Positions 1-13,895 of a stretch of 43,574 bases of DNA are shown piece after piece; positions within the stretch are counted from its first letter, which is position 1, and each line of letters starts with the position of its first letter. The stretch is from Octopus sinensis (Eukaryota). Position numbers and translations under genes: made by a program. The stretch spans positions 1-43,574 of the forward strand of contig NW_021835076.1 of assembly GCF_006345805.1 (NCBI RefSeq). Reading direction: 5' to 3'. The notes below the pieces were generated by a model. The model was given only the letters and a program-made list of their open reading frames with translations, was not told where the DNA came from and searched no databases.

Positions 1-557
1 AATATATAAGAATACTAATCCCTTTATCACTCTCTACTCAGTATATTTACGCATGTTGATTTTCCTCCCCTCCATTGCTGTTCTGTTCTTACTTTCTACC
101 TCTGCCTTAATCAAGTTTTCTTAGATTTTCCTTTACTTTTTTTTCTCATCTATATTTTTATAGTTCCTATATTTTCATATAAATATTCTTTCATATGATT
201 TTGTTTCGAATTCTTCATATCTACTATTTTAATAATTAGATTACTCCTACAGTATCCTTCCTTCTCAAATACATACATACTTTCCTTGTTTGCTTACAAC
301 CAATATTACTGAATCACCATACGTCTAAAGTACGTGTACACACGTTATAATCTAACGCTTGCAAATATTACTTCTTATTTTTCTTTCCCCTTTCCCTGTT
401 CATTATTCTGTGATATGTCTCTTCAATCTTTTTTTTTCTTTTCTTCTGTATTTTTCACATTTTGTGCTTTCTCTTTCCCTTTCCCTTCATATTATATTAC
501 TTACTCCCCTACTTCTTCATTTCTGGCTGCCTCCTGTCTCATAACATACTATATATA

Positions 558-594
<37 letters not shown>

Positions 595-775
595 ATATAT
601 ATATATATATATATATAATAATTTGGTTTGTCAACGGTCGATTTTCAAAGTTTTGAAATTGCTAAGCTTTTTTAAGTGTTAGAATCTTTGTATTCTTAAG
701 ACTCAACTTAAGCAAATATTGCTCCATATGTTAAAATGATAGGGAAGAGAGTAAGAACAGAACAACGGAGAGAGC

Positions 776-831
<56 letters not shown>

Positions 832-843
832 ACACGTACGCAC

Positions 844-889
<46 letters not shown>

Positions 890-891
<2 letters not shown>

Positions 892-1005
892 CAAATGTGC
901 AGAGAACCGAAGGCAAAAACAAGTGAAGGAACAACAAGCTGGTGTACTAGCTTGACGATCGAGAAGAATAGAAAAGTCTTTGTCGTTTCGAGCCTACGAT
1001 CTTCC
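890..1005 (-). mobile_element. Penelope-type terminal (pseudo-LTR-like) remnant with the 3' half of a hammerhead-like motif
   Basis: Minus strand reads GGAAGATCGTAGGCTCGAAACG followed by a pyrimidine-rich tail. It is bounded by (CA)n and (TACA)n tracts. The CTGANGA half of the hammerhead core is missing. Family assignment is by recalled resemblance. Confidence 0.4.
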
Positions 1006-2130
1006 ACATACATACATACATACATACATACACATATATGTACACATACATAGATATGGACGCGCCCACATACACACACATATACTCACTTAATTTTATT
1101 TACTGATATCAAGCAATGGTTTGATTATATTTCATTTGATTACATGAATTGCCGTCGACGATGCTCGCTGCTATTTCTGTTGTAGACCAACTCCGTCTCC
1201 ATATCTCTTACAGTCACTGTAGCCATGACAGAGAGGGCGGGCTCTTCATTTTCCTGAACGTTTCCTTTGGTCAAGGAGTAAACGATTTAAGGGGCAATTT
1301 CTGAAGTCTCGACTGGCGATGCTGTTCAAACGGCATCCTCCGTCTCTTCCTGTTTTTGCCGTCTCTTAACTTTACATGACAGAAAATTCTATGTGGCGCT
1401 TACTGCAATATCTAAAACAGCGTACCTTCTACTCTGCATTTATGACAGGGTAGAGTTCTGGAATGGCTCTTTAGTCTTCAGAGACCACAAAAATTTGCTT
1501 ATCTTCAGTGACTGCTTCGAATGAAATGTTGTTTTTCGTGATCTTTTTTCTTATCGCCAACCAATATTGCTCCAGTGGGATCATGTTGCTAGCAAAATTC
1601 CTTACAGTCAGTATTGCATTGCGTCTACTCATATTGGATTGTGTGCCTAACGTTCTATCTAGGCATCGGTTTTAAAGAGCAGTGTCAATGTTTCCGTCGT
1701 ATTTGCCACGGCAGATGGATGCCATACTACCTCATGCAACACCCATAACTTCTCTCAATTACCTCATTGGCTGTAAGCGGCAAACCTGCTCCACTTTGAG
1801 TGAGGCATATATTTATCAACTTTCTCTTTACCATTTGTCGACAAAATTCGTCGATAGAAGTGACTGAGACTTTGCTAACGCAACATTGCCCTAGCTTGTC
1901 CTCGGTTTCATCCTTGTCCAGTTATAGAGATTCTCTGTTTGAAGCAATATGAGCTGAGTTATATTTTTCCACTTTAAATCAAATAGCCAATGCTATTTGC
2001 ATTGAGAGAGAGAGAGAGAGGAGGATACGGAGAGAGGGAGAGAGAGGATACGGAGAGAGGAAGAGAGAGAGAGAGAGGATACGGAGAGAGGGAGAGAGAG
2101 AGTGAGAGTTGAGAATATTCCATGAGATAG

Positions 2131-2190
2131 TTTTTTTTATTTCATCTAGTTTCAGCTCACGATCTGTGGCCATGCTGGGGCACCGCCATT
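2131..2190 (-). mobile_element. Retroposon 3' tail plus poly(A), related to the SINE-A tail
   Basis: AATGGCGGTGCCCCAGCATGGCCACAGATCGTGAGCTGAAACTAGATGAAATAAAAAAAA aligns with the SINE-A end AAAGGCGGTGCTCCAGCATGGCCGCAGTCAAATGACTGAAACAAG (e.g. about 10605-10652). Confidence 0.7.
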
Positions 2191-2209
2191 AAAAAAAATA
2201 CTGCCATGT

Positions 2210-2282
2210 AGCCCCCAGTGAGAATCGAACTAACGACCCCTGGTTTCCAAGACCAGTGCTCTAACCTCTGAGCTATGGAGGC
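2210..2282 (-). tRNA. tRNA with a Thr(UGU)-type body but TGG (Pro) anticodon; probable retrocopy/pseudogene
   Basis: Sequence GCCTCCA TA GCTC AGAGGTTA GAGC A CTGGT CTTGGAA ACCAG GGGTC GTTAG TTCGATT CTCAC TGGGGGC T folds as a cloverleaf. It has a 7-bp acceptor stem, D and anticodon stems, one T-stem mismatch and discriminator T. A T8 run follows after an 11-nt trailer (2191-2198). Confidence 0.85.
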
Positions 2283-2974
2283 TCAGTTGAGAATGTTCCT
2301 TGAGAGAGTTGAGAATATTCTGCACAATGAACTTGACATGCCGAAAGTTTCAGCTCGCGGACTGCCGCGTCTTCTGACACTAGATCAAAAACAAAACCAG
2401 TCTGATCATATCACGGGAAAATCTGACATTGTCTGAGGTAGATGCAGCTAGTTTCCCTGAACGATTCCTAACTCAGGATGAGTGTTGGTTTCATGAATTT
2501 CAACCAGAGACAAAGAGACAATCCATGCTTGTGGAAACACCCACCACGCCTGTTCCAAAGAAGGCCAAGTAGATATATCAGGTTTCCTTGAACTCTTTCT
2601 AACCGAAGGCTGTTGTTGCTGATATCGAGTGAGGCATTAAAAGCACTCTCGTGTGATTGAAAAGTCCTATTTTTTAAAATCCTTTTGAAACGTTTATGCA
2701 TCGGTGTAAACTATGTTTCATGACTTTTACCTTGCTTATTGTATTCTGCTTTCTTTGACGATATTGTTGAAAAATAAAACGATAAAAGTTGCAACCCGAA
2801 CCAAAACTGTTTTATTATCTAGTATTTCACTTATTCAAAAAGGCGAAAGAATAAAACGTAAACACCTTTGTTGTACAGTGCGACACAGAACAATAGAAAT
2901 TTTTGTACGTTTAAAACCAGCGAAGACAAAAAGGAAAAAGAAATCAGTTTCGATAACACAAACAGTAACAATGG

Positions 2975-3190
2975 TTTGAAATTTTGGCACAGGACCAGCG
3001 ATTTTAGGGTTTTGAGTTAGTCGATTAGATCTACCCTAGTCTTTAAATGGAACTTATTTTTAACGACCCGGAAAGGATAGAAGGCAAAGATAATTTTGAC
3101 GGAGCTTGAACTCAGAATACAATGAGTCAGGAGAAATGCGGTCTAATATTTTTACTGACGCGCTTATTATTCTGCTAACTCGTCGCCTTA
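2975..3190 (-). mobile_element. Degenerate SINE-B copy
   Basis: Reverse-strand similarity to the SINE-B head (AAGGCGACGAGTTAGCAGAA), the TTCTGAGTTCAA box and the CCTTTCCGGGTCG core. Confidence 0.6.
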
Positions 3191-3559
3191 CGAGCAATAA
3201 ATATAAGAAGCAATTACAGGGATAGGTTGCAGAAATTTAGGGTTTTCCATAGAAATTGGATATGAATTGGTACACCGTTTTAAAATATGTTACTGTCTCA
3301 AGAACATCCCCTAGAGCCAAACAAGTAATCCCTTATATACTACTGTATTACGCTGGCAACATGTTTATGTGCTTTCTCCCAATTATCGTACCTCAGACAT
3401 GCTGGTATTGGCCCATTCACTTCAACCATCTTTGCTGCCTTCAGCAAATTAACTCATGAGTACCAGCTATCTCTCGAACCTCCCTTTATTGTCCAAGTAA
3501 ATATTGAAGTTGTTACTGAGGACCTGATCGAAGAGCATCTGTCCTCATTCACTTCCTGC

Positions 3560-3930
3560 ACACATCTTTCACAAAAGCTACAAACAAGTAAATTGCCTGT
3601 CCTTCTTGACTAGGGAAAGCTGTGGCGCAAACTTCACATTGGACTCGGCTGTTCAACCCGCAACTTCATGGCATCTATGGGTATCATCAGTCACGAAACA
3701 TACCAACAGCTTCGCCCCTCAGACGGATCGCCTGACTAGTGAAGCACGCCGCTTCCACAAGTCACGAAACCGCGGACATTAGAATCTAGTCAAACCAACG
3801 GAAGCAACAGGCGTGTTCACCGCATCTGCCCGACTTTTGAAGGATGTCTTGCTCTTAGCCCATTTCTGGGTGAGACAACCTATCCTACTCGTCCTACTTC
3901 TTGGAGGTCCGGTCCGAACTAGACCCTAAA
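3560..3930 (+). pseudogene. Penelope-like retroelement RT, N-terminal part, heavily decayed
   Basis: Frameshifted peptides GIISHETYQQLRPSDGSP, LPQVTKP, SARLLKDVL, PFLGETTY and YFLEVRSELDPK follow the order of the PLE pre-RT/RT motifs (..GLPKIHKP..PL..). Confidence 0.5.
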
Positions 3931-4084
3931 CAACTCCACCATCGCCCCACCACTCTTACCTCGTCAGCTGCTGATCAGAGTTGTTCCGATTAATTTTTTT
4001 AGAACGGTCCAAGCTATATCCATTTCGGTGGTGTCCGACATCATTATGCTGAATGGTGCACCTCTGAACACCTCTAAATTCTAC

Positions 4085-4290
4085 AGCAGTGGCTCGAGAG
4101 TCAGTATATACAAATGAGCTGTGAGTGGACGTTGTTAATGGACGGCATATGTAAGGGTAAATAAATATTGATTTCTGACTAATGTTATTCTCATCAGCAA
4201 GAATGGAAAACAACGTATGAATTTGGAGTCTGTTTGAAACGTTATCAGTGAATTGAGGCGTTTTTTTAGTCTGTGGTCGTTTACTTAAGT
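4085..4290 (+). mobile_element. Very decayed RTE-like LINE RT C-terminal fragment
   Basis: ESVY..CEWTLLMDG resembles the RTE motif ESVLLYGCEAWTL..LDG; several indels. Confidence 0.3.
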
Positions 4291-4420
4291 CCGTATTTTT
4301 AATCAATCAGTCCTAAGATCAAAATATTCCAGCTTTAAACAGATCATCTTCCTTTTTCAAGTATTATATGAAAAGGCAGAAGATCTAAGAACAGTGTAAA
4401 GGCTGTTGAAAAAACATCTA

Positions 4421-5243
4421 CGAGGTTGGGCTGATAAGATCATAGGCTGACTATGAAGGTGTGAAATCTTTGCAGACATTACTTTCACCTCTTTTTATTA
4501 ATAACTGCATTGTTTCTTTCCAGATAAACTGACATCTACCAGTTCAAACATTTTAGATGTAACACGTAGCTTCTCTGGAAAATGGAGAAAATTCAGCATC
4601 GTGGTGTTATCAAGTACCTGCAGAAAAAAAAGGGTTTAGCCCCCAAAGACATTCATGATGACAAGGTTGCTACATTAGGTGATGATGCTCCAGTTTTAAG
4701 GAGTGGCTGTGTGGCAAGTAGCTTGCTTACCAACCACATGATTCCGGGTTCAGTACCACTGCGTGGCATCTTGGCCAAGTGTCTTCTACTATAGCCTCAG
4801 GCTGACCAAAGCCTTGTGAGTGGATTTGGTAGACGGAAACGGAAAGAAGTCCGTCGTATATATGAATATATATGTATGTATGTGTGTGTATATGTTTGTG
4901 TGTCTGTGTTTGTCCCCCCACCCAACATCGCTTGAGAACTGATGCTGGTGTGTTTACGTCCCCGTAACTTAGAGGTTCGGCAAAAGAGTGATAGAATAAG
5001 TACTAGGCTTACAAAGAATGAATCTTGGGGTCAATTTTCTCGACTAAAGGCGGTGCTCTAGCATGGCCGCAGTCAAATGACTAAAACAAGTAAAGAGTGC
5101 AAAAGTGAGCAGCTGAACTTAGGAGGGGAAGGGAAAATCTTGAAGATGACCCAAGGTCTGGACATCCTGCAACTGCCGCCACTGAAGTAAACATTGATGG
5201 TGTTCACCACATGGTCATGGATGAAAGGCAATTGACTATAAAT
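4421..5243 (+). mobile_element. Mariner 5' half (left TIR plus transposase N-terminus) interrupted by SINE-A
   Basis: TA then CGAGGTTGGGCTGATAAGATCATAGGCTGAC (TIR-like). ORF at 4582 reads MEKIQHRGVIKYLQK..GLAPKDIHDD..ATLGDDAP. It resumes after the SINE at 5096 as VQK.AAELRRG..NLEDDPRSGHPATA..VHHMVMDERQLTIN (HTH region). Confidence 0.9.
4699..5097 (+). mobile_element. SINE-A (tRNA-derived head) nested in mariner
   Basis: AGGAGTGGCTGTGTGG head with a GGTTCAGTACC B-box-like motif, an internal TA/TG microsatellite and the tail GGCGGTGCTCTAGCATGGCC..AAGTAAAGAG. Homologous to 10267-10668 and 28352-28761. Confidence 0.9.
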
Positions 5244-5320
5244 TTAGTCTTTATGCGTACATACATATATACATACATACATACACACACATAGACGCAC
5301 ACGCATCTCTCATTATATAT

Positions 5321-5531
5321 GGCGGCGAGCTGGTCGAAATGCTTAGTGGTATTTCGCCTGTCTTTACGTTCTGAGTTCAAATTCCGCCGAGGTCGACTTT
5401 GCCTTTCATCCTTTCGGGATCGATTAAGTAAGCACCAGTCGCGCACTGGGGTCGATGTAATTGACTTAATCCGTTTGTCTGCCCTTGTTTGTCCCCTCGA
5501 TGTGTAGCCCCTTGTGGGCAGTAAAGAAATA
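5321..5531 (+). mobile_element. SINE-B
   Basis: GGCGGCGAGCTGG head, TTCTGAGTTCAAATTCCGCCGAGGTCGACTTTGCCTTTCATCC core and CCCCTTGTGGGCAGTAAAGAAATA tail. Confidence 0.9.
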
Positions 5532-6329
5532 ATATATATATATATGTAATCCAAATTGAGGGAGTGGAGTTGGTAAAGTTTTGGCTACATGTGTTTCCTA
5601 GCTAGCAGATCCTCTAGAGCGGTACCTAGAAGGGTACTCCGCTAGCTACTCTTCAAGTCGAAAGTCCCTTAATTATATGAAGATTACATTGTCGTTAAGG
5701 AATCCCAAATTAACTCGCCGAAGATACAATTTGAAAATGAGTGGCAAATATTAACGACTGGGGGCAGTGTAATACTATGTCAATGTGAATTACACAAAAC
5801 AAAGCATAAAATAGAAATGCCATAAAGTAACCCCTAGAAGATTCGGCGACTATTTTCCTCATCGGCAATGTTGTATTAAAAGGTCGAAGCACGTGTACCA
5901 GCATACTATATAGCAATTTATGATATCCCGAGTTGTTGCTACATAACTACACAGGTAATACTCAAAAGAATTAAGCGATGACTTTATATTATTCAATGAC
6001 AATATAATATGGAGCGCTTAAATGTATCTGTGTGCGTATTGATCTATTTTAGGGGGATAAAATAGGCAATAACTCCAAACACTAGATGTGGTTCTTTTCA
6101 GTTATACGTATGTACGAAAATTTTCATCCCACAATTTGAAATTTTTCTCGGGTTCTAGTGATCTTATAAGATCAGACAGGCAATGAAAATAGTGTTCTGA
6201 CAACCGAACTAAAAGTTAAAACAAAAGCAATGCAAGTATTCATTGGCAGTGTGACCCACCCAAACGATAATGGTTTGTGCCCTCAGTTTCAGGTCGAAAT
6301 TACTGCAAAACAAATTTTAAAAATTTATA

Positions 6330-9260
<2,931 letters not shown>

Positions 9261-9479
9261 CATACGCACACATACACACAAACACGATATCATCTTTGCA
9301 ACCTCCCCCACTTCTTACCGTTGTAGCGAATAATGAATTTCAATTATCATTGCAAGAAATTATTATTGTCGTCATCATCACCACCACCACCACCACCACT
9401 ATTATTATTTTATTTGTCTACATCTTCCGCTACTTTTTCCTTATTTTTTTCACGAGCTTTAATAGAGTTTCTCTAACCC

Positions 9480-9860
9480 TAACCTCGTACCACCACGTGC
9501 ACATCTGTGTTCCCGAGTTGTGTGCATGGAATATGACTCCTGAAATTGCAGACCTGTGTTTCTATACTGCATCAGTTTTGCTCTGCTAAGGGTTTGGTTT
9601 GTTGCTTCTGGTACTATCTCAGTTTTCCTTCTGTTGTATAGACTATACGCTATATGAAGTGCGCTATTTTGTTGGGTGGTGATTACGTTTTGTATGTGCT
9701 GTGAGTTGATTAGTGTTGCGTGTTTCATTGCCAGAGAGTCCTTGTGAAGAGTATGTGGAGTGTGATTTGTTTAGCATTAATAGGTTGCAGATGTGTATAA
9801 TGTTAGTTTGCGTTATAATATCAGATATCAGTTATGAAAGAGCGTTTGTTGTGTTATTTT
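9480..9860 (-). mobile_element. Possible decayed LINE (I/Jockey-like) RT C-terminal fragment
   Basis: IQNVITTQQNSALHIA resembles the post-RT motif LQ..QNSALRIATGC; otherwise degenerate. Confidence 0.3.
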
Positions 9861-10084
9861 ATGGCGTGTTGATTTCGTAGATCCGTCATCATCACCATCA
9901 TCGTCACCGCCTCCCCATCATCATCATCATCGTTATCATTGTTACTCAATATTGTTAAAGGATGTAAGAACTCATAATAAGGATTGTTATTGGCCGCAGG
10001 GATGGGGCACTTAAAATAGAATATCACAGAAAAAATATTTCAATGAAATTATATAGAAAAGTTGGGGAAAGTTATGTTGAGATG

Positions 10085-10117
<33 letters not shown>

Positions 10118-10144
10118 TATATAGATATATATATATATATATAA

Positions 10145-10220
<76 letters not shown>

Positions 10221-10266
10221 TATATATATATATAGATATATATATAGTATATATATATATATATAT

Positions 10267-10668
10267 AGCGCAGGAGTGGCTGTGTGGTAAGTAGCTTGTT
10301 TACCAACCACATGGTTCCGGGTTCAGTCCCACTGCGTGGCACCTTGGGCAAGTGTCTTCTACTATAGCCTCGGGCCGACCAATGCCTTGTGAGTGGATTT
10401 GGTAGACGGAAACTGAAAGAAGCCCGTCGTATATATTATATATATGCGTGTGTGTGTTTGTGTGTCTGTGTTTGTCCCCCTAGCATTGCTTGACAACCGA
10501 TGGTGGTGTGTTTATGTCCCCGTTACTTAGCGGTTCGGCAAAAGAGACCGATAGAATAAGTACTGGGCTTACAAAAGAATAAGTCCCGGTGTCGAGTTGC
10601 TCGATTAAAGGTGGTGCTCCAGCATGGCCGCAGTCAAATGACTGAAACAAGTAAAAGAGTAAAAGAGT
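10267..10668 (+). mobile_element. SINE-A, near full length, embedded in (TA)n
   Basis: GCGCAGGAGTGGCTGTGTGGTAAG head through AAGTAAAAGAGTAAAAGAGT tail. Confidence 0.95.
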
Positions 10669-10678
10669 ATATATGTAC

Positions 10679-10710
<32 letters not shown>

Positions 10711-10933
10711 ATATATATATATATATATATACACAGCAAAAAAGTGCAAGATATATACACACATAGATCTTTTTATCATTTATCTTGTACTTGGTTAACC
10801 GGTGCTTACGTTGAAATAGGAAGATTTACTTTCATTTTGACATGTAATAAAGAACATGTATCATTTGTTTCAATAAAAGGAATATGGATTTTATTATCAA
10901 TTTTTAAATCCTACTTTTCACCCTCCTGTATAT

Positions 10934-10971
<38 letters not shown>

Positions 10972-11204
10972 CATGGATACAAACAGAAACGGTTGCAATA
11001 GTCAGTCAGTGAAGGCCGGGGTACCCTACTTCCAGACCGTCTCAGCTTCGGGCAATTCTTCTCTGAACTTCACTTTCCATACAGAATTTAGCCATTTACA
11101 ATTCTGTCTGGCAGATACTTTCTTTTGAAATTAAAGTTGTTCAACAAACAATCTATCCAGTCGCCGTCTATCTGAACGCGCGCGTGTGTGTGGTATGTAC
11201 AAGG

Positions 11205-11495
11205 TCTTTCACACTTCAGAAATCGAACAAAAGTATCCTATCTTAGAAGCCTCGCACAGCGATAAAAGACAATATGTGTATCACTAAGTCAAACGCACAT
11301 GATCCCAGGCGTATTGGATGTAGAAGTACATATGTCAGATTATATACTATTCAGAACTAACTACAAAATACGGAATCAAGGAGAAATAGCGATCTTCATT
11401 AAGGAAGACCTAGCAATAAATGTCCTCTTCTCCCACTCCAAAACAATGTCTGATACACTAATAATGCATGTGACATCACAGTGTGTGAATAATAA
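11205..11495 (+). pseudogene. LINE apurinic-like (APE/EEP) endonuclease fragment
   Basis: CIT.S..HMIPGVLDVEVHMSDYILFRTNYKIRNQGEIAIFIKEDL matches the EEP pattern TE(T/S)H..Y..FR.DR..GG(V/I)AI(Y/F)IKE. Confidence 0.7.
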
Positions 11496-11590
11496 GTAGA
11501 TAGACAGACAGATAGTATTTAAGAAACAGTAAAGCGCTAATTGTGGAAGCATTCTAACCTGTAACATGTATGTTCAGTGTTATATATATA

Positions 11591-12908
11591 CTAGCAGAAT
11601 TGCCGGCGATGCTCGGGGCTGAATTGCTTGAAAGTACTGTTAATGATTGCACTGAATTATGATGATTATTCAGGCAAATATTGATATAAGTTTACGGTGG
11701 GAGATAAGGACTTAACGATCAAACGTGTGCCATTGCATTGTTTTGGGGGAACCAAATTTCTAATGAGCATTATAGGGGCACCAACTTTAAGTTTGAGAAT
11801 GTGTGTGGTGGTAGTCCGGGGGGTTCAAAGGAATTGAGTACCTCTATTGGATAATTGATGACGTCCTCTGGGTCAGGAGTTCTATCGATAGACTTATATA
11901 CATAGACATCCCCAGGAATGAGTTTTAGCATTTCATCATTAATATGGTGAACAGTTTTATTACTCGGGGCCAGAATAGCCCTTTGGCCAATCCAATACAT
12001 ATTCTGATAATTAGCTTGTAGATCTGGGAACACTGCATCTCTGAGATCAGAAGGCGTTTTAACAATGTTACAAATGGAATCGATGGCAATATTACCATTT
12101 TCATCCCCTGGTATTTTGCCTTCGCCAAGTGCAAGGAGGGTGTGAGAAAATGCTGCTGATGTGATATTACGTCGCATATGAGCACGCATATTGGTGTGAA
12201 GTTTGAGAGTCTTCACCAGTGGCGACAATGTGGATGACTTAAGACACGCACTTACTGCATCAGCTGTATTCCCTTTGGGAATAACGGGAAGTGTTTGTCG
12301 GAAGTCCCCTGAAAGAAGTGTTATGCTTCCCATGGGAGCTGAAGAGTGTTTGATGTCTCTGAGAGATCTATCTAGTGCCTCAAGAGCACCTCTGTGGGCC
12401 ATCGTGTATTCATCCCAAACGATAAGCTTGCATCGTCTGAAGACTTCTGCCTGGTCGGAGCTGTTACTGATGTTGCAAGTTGGTGTCTCAGTCTTCGCTA
12501 AGACAAGCGGAAGCTTGAAAGTGGAGTGAGCTATCCTGCCGCCTGGCAACAAAGTAGCCGCAATTCCAGATGATGCCACAGCTAGGGCAATGCCTTGTGT
12601 CCGCCTAATCTCAGCCAATATTAATTTGTTGACAAAAGTTTTCCCAGTGCCCAAAGGAGCGTCCAGGAAAAAAATCCTCCCAGCTTTGGCCCGGACTGAA
12701 TTAACAACGGAGTTGTAAGGAACTTCTGTTCTGGAAGGAGCTTTGGCTCATTGTCGGCTATGTACTCGGCAAGCTCGTCAACATTAAAACATGTCTCACG
12801 CAGCAAATGTGAAGACAGAGTGTTTGTGCCTTCCCGGTTTGTTGAAGGTAGGCCATAGACCGGCAAGGCACTACCGCCCATTTAACGTACAGTATCTTCG
12901 AACGTAGT
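11591..12908 (-). mobile_element. Helitron remnant: PIF1-like helicase pseudogene plus intact 3' terminus
   Basis: FFLDAPLGTGKT (Walker A), LIVWDEYTM, GDFRQTLPV, LKLHTNMR, RAILAP and PPGLPPH..LKLKVGAPIMLIRNL..CNGTRL, with frameshifts at about 12654 and 11800. The 3' end has the hairpin CCGAGCATCGCCGG (11603-11616) and ends CTAG (11591-11594) followed by T. Confidence 0.95.
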
Positions 12909-13688
12909 TTGTTACCACACAGCCACACCTGCCCCTATGTATGTGTCTGTGTGTGTGTGTGCGTGTGTGTGTATCGGTAGATATATTATGCATGTATATA
13001 TGTGTATATATATATGTGTACATATTACATGTACATCTATATATACATCTACACATAAAATACAAAATACAAAGTTATATCTTGATATCGCTAGTGATAA
13101 CAATACTCAAAATATATAACAGACTGGAATTGTAGGCCCGTCTCTTGCAATTTCAATCAATTGGATCTTGTCCTCCCTCTTGTATAGAAGTGTACGGCTG
13201 CAGCGAAATTCATTTTTGGACTTTCTTCTATCGAAGGCATTTTAAGAAAAATGCTTCCGTAAAGACGGTGAAAATATTGTCAATTTCCCCAAACAGGAAC
13301 ACAATTCAATTTTGAAACAATAACCAAAGCCCCTTCTCCGAAAGGGGGAGGGTTACGGTTTACAATTATTTAACAAATGCAACACAACAACGTTTCCCTG
13401 ACTAGGAACCAACAAACGTGATTACAATAGTCAAACTAATAATAATAACAACAAACCTTTTTAATTTATCCCCATTTATGTGAAACCACTTATTCAAGTT
13501 CAAGTCATTGATGCAATTTTATACGAATTGCTAATACACACACACACACACATAATAAGGGTGAAAAATTGAATATTAATTTGATTAATATGAATTGAAA
13601 ACCAGTGGTGTAGCATATAAGACCATAGCGGATCTTCCTCTAGCAAAAAGGATGACCAGTATTAATGGCTCATCCCTGTTACACACAC

Positions 13689-13725
<37 letters not shown>

Positions 13726-13895
13726 CACACACACACACACACACACACACACGCGCGCGCACACACACACACACCTTAGCTTACAATTTTCTTTCAACAA
13801 TTGACACTGTCATATATGTATATGTTTGCGTGTCTATGTGTGTAAAGAGAAAGTGGGAGTAAGTGTGGTAATAGGCGGAGTAAAGCCTTTGAAGT

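Larger units (their letters stand above)
1971..2700 (+). mobile_element. Mariner (DD34D-type) transposase remnant, central/3' part, interrupted by a GA-rich repeat and the tRNA chimera
   Basis: Translates to TLNQIANAICIERER (1971-), ERVENILHNELDMPKVSARGLPRLLTLDQK (2303-) and RFLTQDECWFHEFQPETKRQSM. These correspond to the mariner WVPRLL and T-x-DE-x-W motifs, with stops and frameshifts. Confidence 0.85.

Noticed and set aside
11770-12654. Functional host PIF1 helicase gene
   Set aside because: Frameshifts on both sides, altered Walker A (APLGTGKT), truncated C-terminus and a Helitron 3' terminus.
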